DNA of 37,443 bases from Vitrella brassicaformis CCMP3155 (taxonomy: Eukaryota > Protista > Chromerida): positions 1 to 37,443 of the forward strand of contig CDMY01000643.1 of the NCBI GenBank assembly GCA_001179505.1, given 5' to 3'. Every line of letters starts with the position of its first letter. The stretch's first letter is position 1. Below are positions 24,101 to 32,951 of this stretch, piece after piece. The notes below the pieces were generated by a model that searched no databases, was not told where the DNA came from, and saw nothing but the letters and a program-made list of their open reading frames with translations. The position numbers and the translations under genes were made by a program.

Positions 24101-24528
24101 TGCAGTGGCAGTTGTACGGTGGTGAGGGTGAGGCAGGCAGGCAGGTGATGGCCGGCCGTCTGGCTGCTCTCGAGGTCGACATGAGCATGCAGGCATGTCG
24201 ACCTCGAGAGCGTTTGAGTGAGAGTGAGGCCAAGGCCATGTTTCGCTCGTTGGCTGAGGCGGCCGCTGCGGCCTTTGCGAGTTTTCCTAAGTTGAAGGGC
24301 ATTGTGGTGTCGCCCTTTTCGCCCAGGCCCAAGTTCGGTCTGGTGGGTGTGTTTCGCGAGGCAGGCCAGAAGAGGTTCACTGTGTCGCATGGCGAGGGCA
24401 AGACCATCGTGCTGCGACCCAACACACACACCAACAAGAAGAACAAGAGGCAGACAGGCAGCAAGGCCACCAAGGACAGCAAGGACAGCAAGGGAGACAA
24501 GGCCACGAAAGAGGCTGCGGCTGCCTGA
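21192..24528 (+). CDS. Gene B: coiled-coil + F-box-like + LRR-like protein, paralog of gene A
   Basis: Lys-rich N-terminus (KRK, KKKSKARR), EVGPVDALKALSRVAQKLKAQL, EVERHFRVWKAMV...KKLDAIQHTMNNL, F-box-like LEELPEALW...SLAPVCTHFHTLSQQ, LSECRHLAVYHRPTRTLVRLLEQF, RYRLPALRHLSVVD, KSLTSLTGRIA; last exon ends ...KEAAAA-stop at 24528. Confidence 0.82.
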
Positions 24529-25140
24529 GTGAGCGTCGTGTCTCTCCCTGTGTTTCGGTGTGCGTGTGTGTGTTGGTGGAGCAGACTCAGCAGAGAGGGG
24601 CGGGCCGCTTCATGTGGGTGGAGATGGGTGCTGTTATCCTCACTGGATGATGGACGGTCCCATGTCATCTCAGAAACAGACGCCGTCTGCCCCCGTGTGC
24701 TGTGGTTGTCTGTGCGGTGCGTCTGTTGCATGCTATCGTATAGACAGCGACTGATCGCAAAGTCTGACCCTCAGATTGAAACAACTCGTCTGTCTTGTTC
24801 CACACGCATATAAGATGTCTGTCTCGACTTCCAAAAGCATCAGCAGTACGGACATGGAACCCCTTCAGATACATTCAGACAGACACACCACATCACGTCA
24901 TAGCTCTGCACACACGAAAAACCGAGGCCGCCTCGACGGCCTCCTCTACTCAAGCTCCGGGCAGCCAGCCACACAGACACGCAGACACCCAAATCGGAAA
25001 AGACACGCACACACGTGCAGTGCCGTGCTCTGCTGTGCTGTGCTGTGTGCCGCCTCACCAGTCATCAACCGATGACCACATTTGCCTAAAGCCAGCCCCC
25101 TCAGAGCACCCATCTTTGTCTGTCTGTCTGTCTGTCTGTG

Positions 25141-25498
25141 TTATCTCGGATGTGTCGAATCGGACGCCTCCTCACACATTATGTCGACCAGCTGGCGGAA
25201 CGTCTCGCGTGTCGCGAAGCTGTTGAAGCTGTCGAACTCTGCCAACTTGCTGTGTGTGTCCCAGCCCTGTCCGTAGCCGCCAAGATGAGAGAAGAGGGCA
25301 TGGACGCCCAGGGCGGCGAACTCGTCCTTGCCGCCGCGGAACTTGGCGGCGGGGGCGGTGCTCTGGTCCAGCTTCCAGATCTCCTTGAGGGATTCTTGAC
25401 ATTGATCTTCCTGCAGTACGCGTTGCAGCTGTTGCGCTTATCGCCCACCGCAGCCTTGATGAATGCGTATTTGTCCCTGACGACACCCTGCTTACCAT
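25141..25498 (-). CDS. Orphan ~90-aa micro-gene (ATG, 85-nt intron, 270-nt exon), or alternatively a frameshifted pseudogene fragment
   Basis: ATG 25496-25498 is immediately followed by gtaagc...ctgcag (25411-25495), then the phase-0 exon EDQCQESLKEIWKLDQSTAPAAKFRGGKDEFAALGVHALFSHLGGYGQGWDTHSKLAEFDSFNSFATRETFRQLVDIMCEEASDSTHPR-stop, with C/G-ending codons. No family recognised. Confidence 0.35.
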
Positions 25499-26424
25499 GA
25501 CGGACACGAAACGGGCCAAGAGGGCAGACGGGAGCGCATTTCCACGGATTACTCCACGGATTGATGCGCGTGTGTGCTTATGCTTTTCTGTATGTTGATG
25601 GATTTGGCGCAGGCACATCGGCAGGCTGCATGTGTTGAAGACAGGGCCTTGTATGTGGCGTGCTGGCAGTGTCGTGTGCGTATTTTGCTGACTGTAGTAC
25701 ATGCGGATTTAGCTGTGAATGATTCGTGCTGCCTGTGCCTCTGCCTTCTCTGTCACGGATGGATTTCACTCGATCGCATGCACCTGTCTGTCTGTCTGTC
25801 TGTCTGCACACACACGTCCACGGATGAGTCCATCCCATTCGGCCGGGCGCACCACATGCAGCCGACTTGCGCACAGACCACCCCACTAACCACGACCAGC
25901 CTGCATGACAGAGAGGTCATCCAGGGAGCGACATTTACTCACTGCTTACACACGAGTATCCCTCTCCCCCTGTCCCTCGCCAATTAATCGATCTACCGCC
26001 GGCCGTCAGTACAGCCATCCATGCACCACACTGAAGACACAAATGACTATCGACGCAAATTACTATCGAGATCAACAGAATGGGCAGCTTCAAGGACTCG
26101 AGGCCTATACATACCACACACACGTACAGACAAGGACACATCTAACCGCGTACACGTGCAGACATAGGCACTGTGCTCGTAGAGCTCCACCAATCGGCCC
26201 TGGAAGATACGCAGGCGATTTCTCGGGCAGATGCGGCCGCGATGGGCTGGATAAGCAGCGAGCCAGGACGGTTCAAAGGCCAACTGTCCCTGTCCACATG
26301 TCAGAGCATAGTGGGGCCGGGCATCACGTCCACACGAGCATTCAGCGGCAGACAGGCGGGCTCCCCCGACACACTGACACGACTGCTGGGCTGGGATGGC
26401 GGTGGCTGGGATGGCAGTGGATGA

Positions 26425-26818
26425 GATGGCTAACGGTTTGAGCGAGGTGGATGGCATGGCAACGGCATGGCAATCCGTGGCGATGTGTATGTGTAGTCGG
26501 TAGAGAGAGGGCCGACCACCGCCATGGTGTGTGCGTGTCGATGGGTGGCAGGGAGGGGGTGGGTGTACTGCATGACGGTCGATTGTACAGTGGCTGGTTG
26601 AAGGACCGAGTGCATTTGTGAGACCAACAGACAGACAGACAGATGGAGACGCTAGTGTGTTGCTTGACCCACCCACAACCATTTGCTCAATCAAAGTCAG
26701 TGTCTCTCCAAACACAGGGCATTCCGACATCCATTGCATCCACACGGTTCCCACCCTCCCACCCACCCATCCATCCATCCACCCACATGGCTGTCAGGGG
26801 GAGAGAAAGGTCTGCAGG
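26425..26818 (+). repeat. Direct repeat, copy 2 (~394 bp)
   Basis: Matches 17152-17541; ends about 120 nt upstream of the D-lactate dehydrogenase ATG. Confidence 0.97.
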
Positions 26819-26936
26819 GTTCCGAACCCTTCACCTTTGCGAGCCTCGTCAGTATGGGTTGCGGGATTGTGGATTAATGTGAGAGTGGATTAATTGTAGT
26901 GCCACCTTTTCCTTGGCTTATTGAGAGCTTCCGGTG

Positions 26937-29474
26937 ATGAGGCGGACGTTGCAGCAGGCGGCAAAGGCTCTGCCCGTCTTCACCAGGCACCAAACAGCAA
27001 TTCAAGCAGCTCCAGCTTCGTCGGCCCGGCCTCCCATCTGCGTCTATCCCTCTGCACCGCACAGCAATCAGCACCAGCCACATGGACTGGCCCACCTATT
27101 GGTCGTGGCTGCCGGCTCCCTCATCGCCTATGAGTTGGTCTCATCCAGGGGAAGACGGCGGCCTGGCCACGCGGAGAGCGTCGATGAGCCAGCTGCTGCT
27201 GCTCTGAAGGACTCGCCGGCACCGAGGGCCACGGATGCGCCATCGCTCTCACTCACAACTTCTGTCAAGGAGGGCGAGAGCGATAGCCCGCTGGTCGAGG
27301 GCGGCAAGTACGAGGTGCCTCGCCATGTGGATGACTTCCCTGAGGCGATGCAGAAGCTGTACAGTGAGTTGAGGGGTGTACTGGGTGACCGAGCCAGTGT
27401 GGATATGGACGAGCGGGAGCCGTATAGAAAAGACAATTGGACCTATCACAAGGGGGAGGTCCCCTATATCGTGGTCTATCCAGGTGAGAAAGAAGCGCCG
27501 GATGGCTGGGCGTGAGTGGGACTGGCATCACACTCTTCGTGTGTGGTTGTGTCAGAGAGCACCGAGGAGGTGAGTGCGATTCTATCCCGCTGCAACCGCC
27601 TGAGGATCCCTGTGGTGGCCTACGGCTGCGGCACATCCATAGAAGGCCACACCGTGCCCGTCATCCGTAAGCAGCCTCACACAAACGGTCGCACATGTGA
27701 CCATTCTCACCCCGTTCTTGTCTTGTTCGTTCGTCAGCTGGTGTGGTCATCAACATGATGAACATGAGCGAGATTGTGGCCGTGCACGAGGACGACTGTG
27801 ACGTCGTCGTGCAGGCGGGTGTACAGTGGATGGAACTCAACGAGCTACTCGCAGACACCGGCCTCTTCTTCCCGATCGACCCTGGTCCAGGAGCTAGCAT
27901 CGGTAAGGTCGGTCACCGACACACACAATTGCCTGCCCAAGACGCCCCGCGATCCCTCCCTTGGCTTCCTGTCTTGGTGGTTCCATCGATGTGATGCGCG
28001 TGCCATCCCATCCATGTGTGCAGGTGGGATGATCGGCACCCGATGCAGCGGCACCAACGCAGTTCGCTACGGGACGATGAAGGATTGGGTGCTGCAGCTT
28101 ACGGTGGTGTTGGCGGATGGGAGGGTCGTCAAGACGGGTACAAGGGCGAGGAAGGACAGTGCTGGGTACGACCTCACGAGGCTGTTTGTCGGCAGTGAGG
28201 GGACACTCGGTGAGCAGTCGAGAGCACAAAAGCATCCAATCATAGTTTTGCGCATCCCTGCCTGATCGACACGAGTGTACGTGTCTGTATGTGTGTACGC
28301 AGGCATCGTGACCGAGGCGACGCTGAAGCTCGCCGCTCGTCCAGCAGACGAGTGCGTGGCGGTGTGTGGCTTCCCAACTGTCAAGGATGCGTGCAAGTGT
28401 GTCAGCAGTCTCATCAAGGCAGGGATACCGGTGAGCATACCCACCCCATCCACCTCCACCTCCACCTCCACCTCGCACACCGAGCTGATGTGCTCGTGTG
28501 TCTCCTATTCAGGTGGCTTGTGTGGAGCTGCTGTCCGCGGACACCGCCAAGCTGCTCAACGATGACCAGGACTGCGGGCTGGAGGTCAAGCCGACCATCT
28601 TCTTCAAGTTCACCGGCACGTCCAACCAGGTACAAGAGTGCATCGAAACCACACAGAAGGTCAGCAGAAGAGGCAGATAACCAGACCGCAATCCCACGCG
28701 TCTCCCTTGTATGCGTGAGTGGATGCAGATGGCGAGTCGGTTCGGCGGGAGTCGGCTTGTGTTTCGCATGAAGGAGAATGGCGAGAGCGAGAAGCTGTGG
28801 GCGGCGAGGAAGGGCGTGTACTGGAGTTTGGGCAGCCAGAGGCCGGGGAAGGAGCTCTGGGGCACTGACGTGTGTGTCCCACTTGGCCGGCTTCCCGACG
28901 TGGTCGAAGAGACGCAGAAGGACTTTGCCGAGCTTGGCGTCGAGGCACCCTTGATCGGTGAGAGAAAGGCTGGTGACCCTGATCATTTAGATCGTATCGG
29001 TATGTGGTGACTTTAAATGTGCCTGCCTCATGCAGCTCATGCTGGCGATGGCAACTTCCACCTGCTGATCCCCCTGGACTTCTCCGACCCTGAGCAAATG
29101 AAGGTGAGGGCAGCACACAGCGACCAGCTCAGCCTCACGGGCATCACATCCACTTGTGTGTTGTTGTTGTGCCCCACCATCCGTCGGTTGATCAGCGTGC
29201 CCAGGAGGCCAACTCCCGAATGATCGCCAGGGCCATTGCTGCCGGCGGCACATGCACTGGCACGTCGCGACACGGACCACTGGACATCGAAAAAATCCGA
29301 TATGGGTGCCTCGGGCTTGTTGTATTTGTTGCAGGTGAGCATGGCGTCGGCATGGGCAAGAAGCAGTATTTGCTGCAGCATTATCCGCAGGAGACGCTGG
29401 AGGTGATGCGAAGCATCAAGAAGACACTCGACCCCAACAACATCCTCAACCCCGGCAAGATATTCCTCGACTGA
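26937..29474 (+). CDS. LDHD: Mitochondrial FAD-linked D-lactate dehydrogenase (cytochrome), DLD1/LDHD-like (FAD_binding_4 plus FAD-oxidase C-terminal domain)
   Basis: Motifs: [143 protein letters not shown]. Arg/Ala-rich N-terminus without acidic residues, followed by a hydrophobic helix ([20 protein letters not shown]). Confidence 0.95.
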
Positions 29475-29749
29475 CATCAGAGAGAGAGAGGCATGCCATG
29501 CATGGACCTATACGCTGTGTTTTCCGAATGGGAGTAGCCAGGCCGTGAGTACAAGCGGCAAGCAGGCAGGGTCGTTTTTGCCGGCTGTTGTGTGTAGTTA
29601 GTTCCTCTGGTTGAGCTGACATTTTGATGCTTGTCTTGTGCGTGGACTCTGGTGCGTGAATCGCCACAGAAGCAATGGAAACAACCCCCTGGACTCGCCG
29701 ATCGACCTGACCTGGAAACGGACCAAATTTGGCCAAGTGAGGCGTAGAG

Positions 29750-30188
29750 ATGCAGAAGAGTGAGAAGAGGGCTCGTGCAGACGCCCCTCCTGCTGCGGCT
29801 GCCGCTAGTGAAGGTGAGGAAGCACACGACGACACGCACAGGTCGGCCCCCCCTCTCGCCAATGGATGTTTGCCGCTCTCCAGGTGCTGGTGGGTCGGTG
29901 GGCGCATCTTCTTCGGCCAGCCAGCAGCCAACCATCGAATGGGTGAGCCACACAGAGGCCAAATTTGGTGACGGAGGGAGGGTGACTGCATGTGGGTTGT
30001 GTATCGTTCCTGCAGGAGGACAGGGAGGCTCTTGGTTGTCTGATCTCCCAGCTGCAGAGCATCAAGCAGCTTGAAGCTCAAGTAGCAGATGTCTTGTTGG
30101 ACGTGCGGCCCAACCTGACTTCACAGATTGCTGATTCGGTATGTTTGAGGGCAACTGGACGCAGCGCACAGATCTCTCCTGATCTCTG

Positions 30189-30220
<32 letters not shown>

Positions 30221-32659
30221 GTTAGTTGCCGGGGATCAGCGGCAAGCTGCGGGCATTGGAGGAGTCGGTCTCCTGGCGTTACAGCAGTGTGAGGAGCCTC
30301 ATCGGCATGCTCACCGCCGTGAAGGTCGCCAAGCCGCCCCTCCCACAGCCCATCGGCAACAAAGCCCTCCCAGCTCACGCCAGATCAACGAAGGCAAGCA
30401 ACGCAAACGAGCGTGTTGTGGAAACATCACATCTTCATGTGTTCGTTCGCCGTGTCTGTCTGAATCTTCCATTGACTGGTCAGCCGTACACGGGCCGCCC
30501 ATGTCTGGACGGCCTGCCGCCCGACGTGACTCACATCGTATTGGGCCATCTGCCCATGAAGGATGCCGTCCCCCTCTCGCGCGTCAACCGGTCGATGAGG
30601 CAGCAAATCAGTGACGAGACCAACGGCATCTACAAGCACCTGGTCATCGGCAAAGATGAGCGCGACTTCTGGCGTCAGGGCATTCGCAAGAACATCGAGG
30701 GCGACTCAGCGCCAGCCCCGCCTGCCCCCTACATAGACCACATTTACGGCTATGTCACTCCCACGCGACCCAGGAGGAGCAGCTCCCAGGAACGGGCCAT
30801 AGAGGAGGGCCTTAACAAAGTGAAGCAGTCACTGGTGAGTTCGGGTGGATGTCAGGGGACAAAACCAACCCTCACCCAACACATGGCTGTGTGCCTGACT
30901 GATGCTCTTATCGCCTTTATTCAGAGCGGCCTGAGGACGGTTCACATCACCGGCTTCGAGGACCACAAATTTCCCCACGAGTGCGTAGAGGCGTCGCGCG
31001 GCACCATCCGGCACATGCGGTTGACTGAGGAGGGGCCCACACGCGGTAGCAGCGACCTGTTTGACGACGACGAGTTTGGCGGCGCGCGGCGGAACGACGT
31101 TGAGGTGGTGTTCTCACAGATGGAGGGGCTCTACCTGGATTATTGGCCGACAGGACGCAGGTGTGCCAGCTGCCGCCACTCTGCACGAGACGCCCCTCCG
31201 TATGGTCGTTGTTGGGTTGTGGGCAGGTTTCGCAAGTGGCGGTTTCCTAGCTTGCGTAGCGTGGAGTTTAGCAACGCGATAGACGATGACGTCAAAGGCG
31301 TCATGAGGCGCGCCCGGAAACTCAGGACACTCGGTGAGTTAACGAGGCGTACAATCAAATTTGCCTTCGACTCCGCGTGTGTGTGTGTGTGTGTAGTTAT
31401 GGCACCTTTCCGGTTCTGGGTGACGGAGGTTGTGGCCGCTCTGAGGTGGTGCCCGGAGCTCGTCGACATCAAGTGGGTGCGCTTGGGCGAGAGTGTCGAG
31501 GATGCCGTGTCGCTGCTGACCGACCTGAAACTACAACTGGAGCCAACATGGTCACTACCAAGTATGAAAGGTCAGTGCAAAAGGGGAGGTGACGAAAACC
31601 ACAAAGGGCGAGCGACCTAAACCAGTTGTGTGCTCTCTGCTGCGCATGCAGGTGTCGAGAAGCGGCTTGGCATTGAGTTGAGTGATAAAATTGCTGTGCC
31701 TTTCGAGCATGACCTGATGCACCGCCGAAGCCCCGATTTGGTCGGCCTCCCCGCCTTCCTCGAGTGGGCAGGTACGTCTGTCAATCGTCCCTGCCGCTTT
31801 CTGTCGAATGTCCCTACCATGTGTGCAGCTGCGGCGGGTTGCAAGATCGAGTGGACGGCCCGCATCCTGACCATCGACTGCTCCAAGGACCTCGTCAGGA
31901 GCACTCCTGCACCCACAGGCGCCATGGCCAACCTGGTGCGGTCGCTGGCCAACTCTGCCAAGGAGGTAACTGCCTGAGGCCGACACACATACCAGCACAC
32001 AAGGCATCCAGCGCCTTTGTCTGTGCGTGCAGGTAGTTCTGATGTGCGGTGGCAAGGCCCTGGACCAGTCGTGGGCAAGACTGCTGGTGTTCTCCAGTGC
32101 CACCAAGCTGACCGTCACTGGCGTGTCGTCGCCCGAGGCTCTGTCGAGTGTGCCCCCATTCCTGACGACCGTACACGACGACAGCGGTGGCAATCGCCAT
32201 CTGCCCAAGGTCAGGGAGCTGGAGGCGTCCAGCAGCGGAACTCTGTCCCGCGATAGTGAGGATGAGCGCATAAGGGACTCTAGGTGGGAGGAGGTGTGCG
32301 AGACAGTGAACGGCCCGGGCAGCCTGCAGGCTTTGCTGGGTGCCCTCACTGGCCTTGCACCTCTCTCCCTGTTTTCTAGCGTCCAGATGAAGTGTGTGGT
32401 GGCAGTGAATGGCATGGATGGCCGCAGTCGGTCTCCTCGCGTCGTGTCGCTGGCTCTTCAGCTGAAGAGCTGCACCACGACGCGTGAGATCCAGTCGTGC
32501 ATGCCACTGATTGCCGGTGTTCGGCCTGCAAAGGTCATTCTTGACGTGCCCGCGATTCTCCGGCAGTGCATCAAGCAGGCAGAGGGGGAGGGGTACGCTG
32601 TTCTGGAAAAGGGTGAGTGGTGGGGCCTACAGCTGTTGGACCTGCGTATGCCGCACTAG
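29750..32659 (+). CDS. Gene C: helical N-terminus + F-box + LRR-like protein
   Basis: MQKSEKRARADAPP..., amphipathic EDREALGCLISQLQSIKQLEAQVADVLL, clear F-box LDGLPPDVTHIVLGHLPMKDAVPLSRVNRSMR, then IYKHLVIGKDERDFW, VVFSQMEGLYL, KWRFPSLRSVEF, WCPELVDI; last exon ends ...LLDLRMPH-stop at 32659. Confidence 0.82.
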
Positions 32660-32951
32660 TGCTTAGCCAGCTCTGCAGACATATCGATGGGTGTCAATGG
32701 CTCATGATGTGTGTGCATGCTGGGCGGATGTCATCAAATTCAGTAGAACTCGTTACGTGTAAGCAAAGCGTCCTTGCACGCACAACACGTTACACCCCAC
32801 CCACCAGGTAGGATTCGCCACTACAATGCAATGAATACACAACAGCATCACCATTACACAAGGAGTGAGCAGCACCATCCTCTTCAATCAGGTCAACCTG
32901 ACGCACACAGACATACAGGGAGACTGGCGGGAATGGCCGAACACCCGCTTC

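Noticed and set aside
17749-24528. Calling genes A and B NLR immune receptors
   Set aside because: No P-loop/NB-ARC/NACHT motif in either; only the genomic geometry is NLR-pair-like.
25384-25400. 17-nt GT...AG micro-intron that would repair the frameshift in the orphan fragment
   Set aside because: Far shorter than any other intron traced in this window (about 60-120 nt), with a poor donor context.
25560-26424. ORFs 25905-26441 (+), 26173-26424 (+) and 26047-26778 (-)
   Set aside because: No family motifs and inconsistent codon bias; partly built from the direct repeat and microsatellites. May be decayed sequence, but no gene can be supported.
17152-26818. LTR retrotransposon or composite DNA transposon interpretation of the direct repeats
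   Set aside because: No gag, RT, integrase or transposase motifs inside; no matching target-site duplication at the outer ends; TG...CA ends are only obtained by arbitrary trimming; the repeats contain ordinary intergenic microsatellites.
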